From contig JARDVH010000115.1 in NCBI GenBank assembly GCA_030324005.1, positions 3,694,232 through 3,758,231 on the forward strand: 64,000 nt of DNA, read 5' to 3'. The notes below the pieces were generated by a model. The model was not told the DNA's origin and made no database searches. It was given only the letters and a program-made list of their open reading frames with translations. Source of the stretch: Negaprion brevirostris. Its lineage: Eukaryota. Both the position numbers and the translations under genes were made by a program. Below are positions 11,930 through 23,399 of this stretch, in pieces (position 1 is the stretch's first letter; every line of letters starts with the position of its first letter).

Positions 11930-12610
11930 TAATTGGCCCCTTGAGCTAGTCCACCATTCAGTAAGATCACGGGTGAGCCAATTGTGGCCTTAACCCCACA
12001 TTCCTGCCTGTCACCTCATAACCCTCAACTCCCAGTGGATCAAAAATCTAACACATTCTTGAATGCATTTAATAAACATTTTGTACAATCCTTTCTGGGG
12101 ATGAGAATGCAAAGGCTAATGGCACTCAGAAATTCCTCTTCATTTCCATCTTAAGTGGAAGCCCCCTTTCTTTTAACCTGTGTCTCAAGTTTGTGGATTC
12201 ACCCATGAGGGGAAAGTTCTCTCAATGTCTACTGTCCTAGAAGAAGACACAGTATAGATATGAAATGCCTGGTACTGATCCAGTCTTGTATTCCTTAAAA
12301 TTGGAATCTAGCTCAGTCATTTCTAGCTTTTACCATTTTTCTTTCTAGGTTAGCCCTCACAGAATCTTGCATTTTTTTGAGAAGATTACCTCTCATTCTT
12401 CTAATGAGAACGAGTAGAAGCTCAACCTTCTAAATCTGCTCAAGTTTCCTCATAAGATAAACCCTCCACCTTGGAAAGCAGCCTACTGAACCTTCTTTGA
12501 ACTACCTCCAATGCAAATATATCCCTTCTTAAGTAAGGAAACCAAAACTGTACCCAGGACAGTCTCACCAATGGCTTAGTGTTGTAATAAAACTTCCCTA
12601 TTTTTATACA
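11930..12610 (-). mobile_element. CR1 LINE 3' fragments
   Basis: Reverse complement of the CR1 ORF2 C-terminus and 3' UTR (accaaaactgtacc..., atatcccttcttaagtaagg). Confidence 0.65.
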
Positions 12611-13559
12611 CCCACAGTGTTGACTCTAAAACACATGGTCATTCCAACATTGTCACTGAGTCAAAATCCCACAATTCCCTTCTTGAAGGCACTGCAGGAA
12701 CAACCTTAATCACAGTCCAAAGATGTGCGGGTTAGGTAGATTGACAATGCTAAATTGACCCTTAGTGTCAGGGGATTTGCAGACTAAATGTATGGGGTTA
12801 CTGGTATAGGGTCTGGGTGGGATTGTTTTCAGTGCAGGCTTAATGGGTCCAATAACTTCCTTCTGCGCTGTAGGGATTCAGAAAGGTGTCACGTCATCAT
12901 TTTCTCATGAGTAATTATAAGATGAGAAATAAGTGTTGGCCTTGCCAGCAATGACGATATTCTATGAATAAATAGATTAAAATGGATGCATCTCTGCTAT
13001 TTGCTTGTGGTAAGTAGCATGGTACCTAATTCCACATTACCATCACTTTCTTAAGCCACTTAATCATTTTGCAAGTGTCCCAACTTTCACCACTTCCATA
13101 ACAATCGCTCCATAAGCTGCCAAATACCAGGACAGCTTTGAGCAGATACATGGAAAAAGAATGTATTTGCAATTGGGATCAAACATTTGTTTAAAATTCC
13201 ATTAACGCCACCAAGGTGTTTGCTGATATACTTTAACCTGATGTTAATTCAGACAGCAAAAATATTAGCGATTTCCCACAGAGTTAAACAGCCCAAATCC
13301 CAGAGAATGCACTTGTCAGTCGTAACAGAAATGTCAACCTGTCAATTTACTTAACACACAGTCTAATTGATGTTTATCTAATCAACTGCCCTAAAAGATA
13401 AATGAAGACGAATCGATGTATTTCAGGCATGATAAATCCAAACTATTGAATGAACGGAATGTTTCCGCTTTGATGATAGGAAAGCGGCTGTGAGGTTGAG
13501 CCATTTCCTCTGTTAAATATTTACGACATGAAGCATCACTTTGCTTGTGTAAGTACTTA

Positions 13560-13655
13560 GACCGCGGAGGATAAAGACATCCCGCTCCTGTTCGCATTTA
13601 GTTATTTCCAGGCATAGCAACTGGAGCAAAGTCGAATTGTGGCGTTCTACACGGG
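13560..13655 (+). promoter_or_regulatory. Candidate promoter / first non-coding exon of the bradykinin receptor gene
   Basis: Unique CpG-retaining stretch (13380-13720), TATA-like GATAAA at 13570 and donor GG|GTAAGA at 13656. It lies about 8.3 kb upstream of the receptor coding-exon acceptor. Confidence 0.35.
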
Positions 13656-14439
13656 GTAAGAGTTGGTGATCCGTTTTCACATTTATATTTGTCACGTTGT
13701 CTTTAGATAGAGTTTGTGGTGATCAGTAACCGTTATTGAGGTACATGAGGCTCCTGGATTGAAGCACTCATCAGAAGTTCAGGGGATCTGATTGATCAGA
13801 CTGTTACACTTTGCCCACTGCAAGGCAAGTAGATACCCCAGGGGTTCAGGATACAAAAGTTCAAGTGCCTGACAGAATTCTCCCTGCCAGGCTTGGGTAA
13901 ATGAGTAAAGAGAGAAGTGAACAAGCGCTGGGAATGCAAACAGTCAGAGCAGGTTAACAAGTCTGAGTTGTGGCGAAGCAATCTTACCCGAAGCATGAAG
14001 CAGCTTCCTCTCAGTGAGGGATCGCCAGACCTCACTGTGTGAGAGTAATCTGGACTCTGTGTCAAAGCATATCCTGAGAGATTGTGAATGGACAGCTCAG
14101 CTTTTATATTCGTGGACCTCGTGTTCAATATTGATAAACATGATCTACAATGTATTGATATTAAACTTAAAATCAAAGAGAATAAAAATTGAGATAAATG
14201 TAAAATGCGTTGCCAGTTCGCTAGGTATCAGTATTCCTTATAGCCTTGAGTCCAATTTACCCTCAGATAATGGTGTCTGTCGGTTTCTTAGAGAGGAAAG
14301 GCTATTTCATATTTCTGGTAAGATTCCTCTGCCATTGCTCAGGTTGTTAAACTGCCCTGATCTTTTCCTCAGGTATTGACTCTTCGTATCCCCAGTGCTT
14401 TTCCATATATTTCTCTTTACTCAGAAATGAAAAACCAGC

Positions 14440-15480
14440 TATGTGAGGAGTATGACACTGCTATCAACATAATCTGTTAGTCAGAACATCCTAACCTATT
14501 GGAGGGGATTTCAAACCAGGAGTGAGAGCAGACCATGATGCAGGGCACTGCTGCTTTGGACATCATGGCTTGGAAAAGAGAAATGAGAATGGAGACTTTG
14601 GCTTTGCTGCTACCATGGGCAGGCTTTCTATGGCATCTAGAGCTTCCTCAGTAAAGATCAGAGCATTCACCCTAGAGTTCAACATAAGCCAGTGTTCCAC
14701 CCACCTATCCAACTGCTTATTGCCATAGATGGTGATCTCCCTTGCCTTTATTTTCAATGAAGACATTTTCTTTGTCAATGGATCTTGTGCTTTTGACCCT
14801 TTTATACATTCAGCTGACCTATCACAGGCAAGGAATACCTTCTTTGAGAACTAATCATGCCACAAAATATCCTTAAGACATCCAAATCAGGGCATTGCAC
14901 CAATAGCTCAATCTGATCATTAAATATGTGACTGTCTGAACAGCATTCTCAACACATTTGACTATTATGACACATCATTTCCTGGTGTTCAGTTGGGTGA
15001 GGATGCAATCCTCTAAGCATTTTCACTCAAAGCAGGATTGCCATCCTCATGTCAATGTTAGTCATACTGCCTACCCATATTAAAACCAACAGTTCCATGA
15101 TTCAATTGAGCATGAGATCTGTGGCATTTACGCGATAGTGCAGAAGTAAAATAGAATATACTTCAGGCCCTCATCTACAATACCATGCTCTAGAGTAGAA
15201 ACCTGTTGACAGGTTCAAGGTTAGCACCTCTATGATGGAATCTGTCATTGAAGTTGAGTGGTCAAATCTCATTAACTACAAGAGATATCCGAGCAAACCC
15301 TGAATAGACTCTGCCAGAATATCCAGCTGCCCTTTGACACAGGGATTTTCAAGAGGCATGTGTGAACAGTTCATAAAGACAGCATGTCGATTAGCAAAAA
15401 CAAAATGGGTCCATTGAAAACAAAGGCATAGGAGGCCATCATGTCTAATAAAAAGTTGGACAGTTGGGTGGAAGACCACC
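14440..15480 (+). mobile_element. Old RTE-clade LINE relic
   Basis: LLEG.F..GVRADHD..HCCFGHHGLEKRNENG matches the RTE endonuclease motif LLGDFNARVGADHD.W..CLG.HG.GK.NENG. The 3' boundary is uncertain. Confidence 0.55.
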
Positions 15481-15883
15481 TCGTGTATTGTACTGTACCG
15501 ATAAGTGTGAGGTAATTCACTTTGGCAGGAATAACAGATGTGTAGAGTATAGGGCTAACGGTAGGACTCTGAATAGTGTNNNNNNNNNNNNNNNNNNNNN
15601 NNNNNNNNNNNNNNNNNNNNNNNNNNNNNNNNNNNNNNNNNNNNNNNNNNNNNNNNNNNNNNNNNNNNNNNNNNNNNNNTGTTCAATATCGACACTCTGT
15701 CTATCTAACAGCTCTCACTGAAAAGGTAAATTGAGACATTTTGATATTTCACCCATATCTGTGCCCTTATTCCAAAATCTTATCACCTTTTAAAGTCTAA
15801 TTTTTTCTTTAGTTTTTCTAAAATGAGTTTTAAATACTTGATTTAAATTATCCATTACATACTTGATTTATCCAGGAGCAGAA

Positions 15884-16670
15884 TTTGATTATTTGATTTA
15901 TTATTGTTACATGTATCTGTATACAGTGAAAAGTATTGTTTCTTGTGCACTATACAGACAAAGCATACAGTTTATAGAGAAGGAAATGAGAGAGTACAGA
16001 ATGTAGTGTTACAGTGATAGCTAGGGTGTGGAGAAAGATCAACTTAATGTAAGTCCATTCAAAAGTCTGACAGCAGCAGGGAAGAAGCGGTTTTTGAGTC
16101 AGTTGATACACAACCTCAGATTTTTGTATCTTTTTCCTGACGGAAGAAGGTGGAAGAGAGAACATCCTGGGTGCATGGAGTCCTTAATTATGCTGGCTGC
16201 TTTGCCAAGGCAGCAGGAAGCGTAGACAGAGTCAATAGATGAGAGGCTGGTTTGCATGATGGATTCGGCTACATTTACAATCTTTTGTAGTTCCTTGCAG
16301 TCTTGGGCAGAGCAGGAGCCATACCAAGNNNNNNNNNNNNNNNNNNNNNNNNNNNNNNNNNNNNNNNNNNNNNNNNNNNNNNNNNNNNNNNNNNNNNNNN
16401 NNNNNNNNNNNNNNNNNNNNNNNNNNNNCTGGCTGCTTTGCCGAGGCAGCAGGAAGTGTAGACAGAGTCAATGGATGGGAGGCTGGTTTGTGTGATGGAT
16501 TGGGCAATTTTCATGACCTTTTGTAGTTCCTTGCAGTCTTGGGCAGAGCAGGAGCCATACCAAGCTGTGATATAACCAGAAAGAATGCTTTCTATGATGC
16601 CAAATTTCCTTAGTTTTCTGAGAACGTAGAAGCATTGGTGGGCTTTCTTAATTATAGTGTCAGCATGACT
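15884..16670 (-). mobile_element. Rex-Babar LINE 3' fragments (partly duplicated across a gap)
   Basis: The minus ORF reads HADTIIKKAHQCFYVLRKLRKFG..IESILSGYITAWYGSCSAQD. The 3' end matches 10460-10770. Confidence 0.8.
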
Positions 16671-16779
16671 TGCATTTTTCATGTACTTTTCATAGCCTCA
16701 TGACAGACTGAAGTACTTTTGAGCCAGTGATGCACTTTTTCAATGTGGGCACTACAGCAGTCACTTTGAGGATCTCCAA

Positions 16780-17452
16780 TGTTGTAGGTAAAGATACCTC
16801 TGAGACCAATTGTGAGTCAAAGTACAGCAAGTTTATTCAAAAGCTTTTGGGAGATACACCTGGTACCTAATAGCGGTTCCCCAAGGTCTCCTCAAACACA
16901 ACTTAAGAGCATATATTTATACCCCCAGTTATATATGCATCTTCTCATTCTCAGCAGTTTCCCAGGCTGTGAATTGTCCTCCATCATGGAAACATGGCTG
17001 CCTCAGCGTTTCTTCATGGTTATCTCAAGGCCGCAATTGTCGTGTGTGCTTAGCCTTAGCTAACATACAGGCCAGCAAAACAAATTAAAATTAACAGGAC
17101 CGGTGTAACAATTTATGTTCATAAGCTATATAGCATATAATATGTTGGTACATGACACATAAGCAGAACATAACAAATATATATTTAGGGCATGCAAGCT
17201 TCACCATGTTAGGCAAAAGTCCACGCAATTGAAGACACAAACGTAGATACGAGCTGGGTCAGCTATGATTCTGAACGGATGATCATAAACTTGTGTACAA
17301 CAGCAAGGACAGCTGCAGTCTCTTTGTCTGGGCACACGAAAACAAATCTTGTATCTATCTGAGATACATGAAAACAAGCTACATACAAGTTGTACAATGC
17401 TTTTTTTCATTCTCCAAGTATTACAAAGTTTATTAACCCATTCCCTACTGCA
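16780..17452 (-). mobile_element. Solo LTR inserted into an LF-SINE-like copy
   Basis: Termini TGTTGTAGG...CCTACTGCA form an imperfect inverted repeat, with flanks ccaa/gcaa (3/4 TSD). Minus-strand TATAAATA (about 16913-16920) and AATAAA (about 16833). The SINE halves at 16690-16779 and 17453-17535 join across it. Confidence 0.6.
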
Positions 17453-17907
17453 GCAACGAACAATGATGTTCCTCTTTGGTGATGTTGTTTGAAGGACAGT
17501 TATTGGTTCGGGCACCAGTGAGAAGTCCCTGCTTTAGAGTCATTGAATGGTTACAGCACAGGAAAACATCTGGTCTGCTGAACCCATGGCAGCTCTCTAC
17601 AAGAACAACCTAACTACTCCCACTCCCTTAGCTGTTCCCATATATCTGCATTCCGTTTTCATTCAGGTGTTTAACCCATCTCCTTTTGAAAGCCACAGTT
17701 GAATTTCCACCACTATTTCCACCACACTCTCAGGCAGTGCATCCCAGATCCTCATGGCACCATCATTGGCCAATGATGGTGTTCTCTGGTTTTTGATCCT
17801 TCAGCCAAACAAAAAGATTGAGGTGGTTTTTTTCATGACCACTGGGTGTCTCAGAAGCATTGCAACAAATGAAGTACTTTTGAAACATAGTTACTGTTCT
17901 TTTTTAG

Positions 17908-18210
17908 GGCACAGCCTCAAAATAAGGAGGAGTCAATTTAGAACAGAGTTGAGGAGGAACTTCTTCTCTCGGAGAGTAGTGAATCTTTGGAATTCTGCCC
18001 ATTGAAGCAGTGAAGGCTACCTTGTTAAATGTGTTTAAGTCACAGGTAGATAGATTTCTGATCAATAAGGGAATTAAGGGTTATGGGGAACAGGCGGGTA
18101 AGTGGAACTGAACCATTATCAGATCAGCCATGATCTTATTGAAAGGCAGGGTAGGCTCGAGGGGCTAGCTGGCCTACTCCTGCTCCTATTTCTTATGTTC
18201 TTATATTCTT
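17908..18210 (+). mobile_element. CR1/HER1 LINE 3' end
   Basis: GHSLKIRRSQFRTELRRNFFSRRVVNLWNS, with a (tcttatgt)n tail. Confidence 0.85.
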
Positions 18211-20119
18211 TGTACAGTGTCTGTCTTGGTGGTTGATATGTTATTAAGATTATGCAATATTTAGAAAAAGGTTTTGTTAGTTTATACTTTTAGTGTTGTG
18301 GTTTCATGCTTATACAGAAAGACCTAAGGGAACACAAGATCAGCATCTCTCAGTCCAGAAATCACTTCTGGAAGTATCAGCAAAAAAAGTTTAATATGTT
18401 TGCAAGATATTCAAATATATAGTATATATAACACAGAAACAAGCATTCTGGCCCAGCCAGTCCTTGCTGGTGTTATTCAACACTCAAGCCATCTCTCATA
18501 TTTTTTGATCTAAATTTGCCACCATAACCATCTATTGCTCTCTTCCTTGTGTACTTATCTCACTTCTCCTTAATGCATCTGTACTATTCACTTCAACCAA
18601 TCTTTGTGGTAGCAAGTTCTACATTCTCATCATGCTTTAAGTGAACAGTGTCTATAGAATCCCTATTGGATTTCTTGGTGATTATCTTATATTACTGACC
18701 TGTAGTTATACCCTTCCCACAAGAAGAAACTATGACCCATATCTTCTTAGGAGGATCAATTATTGTCAGATTGCCACTCTGTTCCTACTTCTCTGCACCA
18801 CAACACTGCTTTGCTTCTTCAGAAGTGCAGAGCAGTCTTCCATCAAACTGCCTCCTTGTAGTACTGGACTGTCAAGGGGATAGCACTATGGCACTAGCTG
18901 CCATATTCTGATAAGTGTTTACTAACACATTGGAAAAGCTTTTGGACATTTAAACCGATTATCAATATGTCAGTGAATGGTTGAATGAGTATCAAGGGGT
19001 CCAAAAAGTAGGGATCGAGTTGGGGGGAGGGAGGATGTTGGGGGGATGCTAGTCAGATTGGGTTNNNNNNNNNNNNNNNNNNNNNNNNNNNNNNNNNNNN
19101 NNNNNNNNNNNNNNNNNNNNNNNNNNNNNNNNNNNNNNNNNNNNNNNNNNNNNNNNNNNNNNNNGGCGGGAATGTGGAACTGAGACACGACAGATCAGCC
19201 ATGATCTTACTGAATGGCGGGGCAGGCTCAAGGGGCTAGATAGCCTACTCCTGCTCCTATTTCTTATGTTCTTATGTGCTTATGTAACACAGCAGCCAAT
19301 TTGCATACAGTAAACTGGGAATAGTTTCTCTCCATCTAACCTGTTGAGACCCCTCATAACTTTGAACAATTCTATCAAATCTCCTCTCAAGGGGAACAAC
19401 CGGAGCTTCTCCAATCTGCCTATGTAACCCTTGACCTTCATCCTGGAAACCAACTGCATAATTCTTTTCTGCACCCTCTCTAAACCTTCACAACCCTCTT
19501 AAAGTGTGCTGGCCAGAACTAAATGCAACCATCCAGCTGAGGTGACTAGTGTTTTATAAAGGTGTACTCCATGTGTCCAACCATCCGACTAGCCTATCTG
19601 TGTTGAAATTTATCACTATCCACATTATAATTCACAATACTTCTCAGTTTTGTGTCATCTGCAAATTTTGAGATTGTGCTTTTAAAACAATATCATTACA
19701 TTCAAATAGCTCACTTTCTTGGGGCATAGGAACATATTTGGTGAGGTTCACTCAGCCTATACAATATCACAAGAACATAGAGTATTACACATCCAGAGAG
19801 GAATAGGCAGGGAAATATGCATATTTTCTTCTTGGTTTTCTATCAGTACATTGAAAGCGTGAAACAAAGTCTTTGAACAATTTAGATAGAGATGGGGACT
19901 AAGTATGGGTGGAGGTATGGAAAGTCTGAAAGCGAGGGAATGTTTGAGAGTAACAGACAGGAAGACAGATACTGACAGCAAGCAAGGCTTCTTTGTACAG
20001 AGTTGTTTCTGTTGCGCGCAGATGTTCCCTGTTGTGCATTTATTTAGCTGAGGTCTAAAATGTTGCTATTGTGGAACGACATTGGTTGTTGTTCTCTATG
20101 GATGGTCTGGATTGTGTAA

Positions 20120-20680
20120 AGGTGTGTTAATTATCCAGCAAGGAAGTTATGCTGAACTCATAGAAGACACTAGTTAGTCCTCAGCTGGAATATTGTGCAA
20201 AGTTCTGGGTGCCACACTATAGGAAGGATGTGAACACATTGCAGAGAATGTAGAAGAGGTTTACAAGAATGGATCCAGGGATGAGAAACTTCAGTGGTGA
20301 GCACTGTTCTCCTTGGAGAGAAGAAGGCTAAGAGGAGATTAGATAGAGATGTTCAAATTCATGAGGAGATTGGACAGAATAGGTAGGGACAAATTGTTCA
20401 CCTCATAAAAGGATCGTGAATGAGAGGGTGATGTGAGCAAAGGTGATGTGAGAATAATTTTTTTTCACCCAGCAAGTGATTGGGGTCTGGAATGCACTGC
20501 CTGGAATTGTGGTGGAAACAGGTTAAATCAAGACATTCAACAAGGCATTGTATGATTACTTGAAGAGAAACAATATGCAGGGGTACAGGGAATCATACTA
20601 AGTCATGATGCTCATTAGGAGAGCCAGTGCACAGATGATGGGCCAAATGGCCTCTGTCTGCACCATATGAATTCTGTGAT
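20120..20680 (+). mobile_element. CR1 LINE 3' fragment
   Basis: LVSPQLEYCVQ.W.PHYRKDVNTLQR..RFTRM.PG and LFSLERRRLRGD. Confidence 0.8.
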
Positions 20681-21987
20681 ACAAAGATGTTCTCAGATGG
20701 CAAACATGTTCTCTGCTGTTGTGTAAAGGTGATTCCTTTGTGAAAAGTTATTCCATGTTTTGGTTTAAAATAGTTCTTTATTGCTATTCCCCACTGTGAC
20801 TATTGTGATTTTATTGTGGCCAACAGCAAAACCATTATTGTTCAAATAATGACATGGAATCTTTTACCTGAGAGAGCAGGGTAGATCCCAATTTAACATC
20901 TCATCAAAAAGACAACCCTTCTGACAGTGTGATATTCTCTTCGTATTGCACTGAAGATTATAAAGCTGGATTATGGTACTTGGGTCTCCAGAGTGGGATT
21001 TTAACTCATACCTTTCTGACATAGAGGTGAGAGGGGTTATGGGATATGGAGGGAAAATAGGATCAAGTTACTGAGTTGGATGATCAGCCATAATCACAAT
21101 GATTGATGGAGCAGGCTTGAAGGGCCAGATGGCCTACTCCTACTTTCTAGATTTCTATGTTTGAATACTTTCTATCTGCTTGCATGTTATTGCAACACCA
21201 AGAATAATCCAGAAGCTCAACAGCACCTAGGACAAAGCTGACACTCCATCCACCAGATTAAACATTCAAGCCCTGCACACCACTGCTGCACAGATGTACC
21301 GTATGCAAAATGTACTGCAGAAACTCACCAAGGCTCCTTTAGCTGTGTGTTCCAAGCCAGTGTCCTCTATCACCTGGAGGGACAAGGGGAAGGGAACACC
21401 ACCAGTTTCAAATTCCCCTCCAAGTCACACACCACCCTAACTTCACTTGTTGCTGGGTCAAAAACATGGAACTCCCTCTCTAACAATAGTTTTAAAAGTT
21501 TATTTATTAGTGTTACAAGTAGTCTTACATTAACACCGCAATGAAATTACTGTGAAAATCCAAAACTTTGGATATATCTACATCAATAGTAAGAAAAAGT
21601 GGCATTCCATTCTACATTCTTCAGGGTAATTGGACATGTATAATGTAGGCTGGCCTTGCCAGCAACTCCCACATCCCATGAATGAATATGAATATTAAAT
21701 ATAAAGTGTAGAACTTCCACATTGTTACACTGCAGCCTAGAATTTGTGCTCAAATATCTGTAATGGGATTTGAACATGTCGCCTACCACTACTTTGGAAC
21801 TACTCTCCAAAGCAGTTTGTTTTCTACATATGTTTCAACAATCCTATATCGCTGTGTACCTCTGCAGCTGTGTTCTTCTGTATGTGATCTCCTATGTACC
21901 AAAGCTTCTGTGTTGTGGTCACAATGATATATCCTTGGTGGAAAAACTAACTGATATGCTCTCTCTTTTCTTACTGACAGTGCCGCG

Positions 21988-23073
21988 ATGATTGTCAACA
22001 CAACACTGAATCAGTTTCTGGCAGGAACTTCAAATCTTAGCACTGCTGGCAGCCTCAATGATTCAGACTCTTGCCCTGAAGGTGACTTCTGGGAGTGGCT
22101 TTTTATCTTCCAACACATTTACATAATGCTGGTGAGCATCATTGGTCTTGTGGGAAACAGCTTTGTCCTGATCGTCATGTGTTTACACAAAGGCCATTGC
22201 ACAGTGCCGGAGATCTACTTGGGAAACCTAGCTGGTGCTGACCTGCTCTTCATGGCATGCCTCCCATTCTGGGCTGTTAACATTGCCCGCCGTTACAGTT
22301 GGCCTTTTGGAGAGTTCCTCTGCCGTTATGTCAACTCAGTTATTTACATGAACCTTTACAGTAGTGTCTACCTCCTGGTGATGGTCAGCATCGATCGCTA
22401 CCTAGCTCTGGTGAAAGTCCTGGATCATGGCAGGATACGGTCAGTCTCATGTGCCAAGGTCATCTGCTTCTTCATCTGGATGTTTGGCTTGTTGATGAGC
22501 AGCCCCATCATTATATTCCGAAAAGTGATCGATGTCGAACATTTGAATATCTCTGCCTGCCTAATCAAATATCCCCACGAATCCTGGAACCTGCAGATGG
22601 ACATTACATTGATAGTCATCGTTTTCCTGGTGCCTTCTGCCATCATCAGTTACTGCACCTTCCAAATTCTGAAAGTTCTAAGAAACAACCAAATGCAACG
22701 TTTCAAGCAAGTACGTAAGGAAAGAAAGGCGACCTGTTTGGTCCTCGTTGTCCTCTTGGTTTTCATCATTTGCTGGATGCCCTTTCAGCTCCTCCGGTTT
22801 CTCAGCATCTTCAGTCAGACAAATTTATTGTCAAGCTGTACCTGGTACACTGCCATTAGTAATGGTAATCAGATTGCAACATTTCTTGCATGCACCAACA
22901 GCTGCATCAATCCCATACTTTATGTCCTGGTGGGAAAACAATTCAGGAAGAAAGCAAAGGAATTTTATATCCAAACCGTAGCCAGGAGGATGTCATCGTG
23001 GAATTTCACTGACTCCTTTACAACCCAGACCACATCAGTAAATAGTAAACAGTTCAATAGGGAGCAGGCATGA
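21988..23073 (+). CDS. BDKRB2: B2 bradykinin receptor-like class A GPCR, 361 aa, single coding exon
   Basis: Intact 7TM ORF with N-glycosylation sequons, CLHKGHCTVPEIYLGNLAGADL, LPFWA, MNLYSS, SIDRYLALVK, LRNNQMQRFK..ERKAT, CWMPFQ and NSCINPILYVLVGKQFRKK, all B2-receptor hallmarks. The acceptor ttactgacag|TGCCGCG-ATG lies 7 nt upstream, resembling the human BDKRB2 coding exon start. It may be a B2 paralogue rather than the strict orthologue. Confidence 0.9.
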   Translation: MIVNTTLNQFLAGTSNLSTAGSLNDSDSCPEGDFWEWLFIFQHIYIMLVSIIGLVGNSFVLIVMCLHKGHCTVPEIYLGNLAGADLLFMACLPFWAVNIARRYSWPFGEFLCRYVNSVIYMNLYSSVYLLVMVSIDRYLALVKVLDHGRIRSVSCAKVICFFIWMFGLLMSSPIIIFRKVIDVEHLNISACLIKYPHESWNLQMDITLIVIVFLVPSAIISYCTFQILKVLRNNQMQRFKQVRKERKATCLVLVVLLVFIICWMPFQLLRFLSIFSQTNLLSSCTWYTAISNGNQIATFLACTNSCINPILYVLVGKQFRKKAKEFYIQTVARRMSSWNFTDSFTTQTTSVNSKQFNREQA

Positions 23074-23399
23074 AGCAGCCCACCTTCTACTATGTTACAC
23101 GGTATCTGATGCGGTGGCATTGATTTTTGTGACATTTTATTCTTTCTGTAAATGACAGGAGGGCTGTTGCATGTAAATTTAAAGAAAAGGAACAAAATGT
23201 AGCTGATACATCAGCATGGTTCCCAGGCCTGCCAATGATCCATGTCCAGATTGCTGGTCCCATCCTATGAATCTGGAAAGATGCTATGATATCCATCAGT
23301 GCCCCTGTGCTATGGAGAAAATTGTCTGTTAAAGAGCTGCCTGCCACATCCCATGACTCCTGATGTAATGTGCCCTTTGCGAGATAAGGACAACATATA

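Noticed and set aside
16170-16570. Tandem duplication of Rex-Babar sequence
   Set aside because: The two similar segments flank an assembly gap and cannot be separated from haplotype or assembly redundancy or adjacent insertions.
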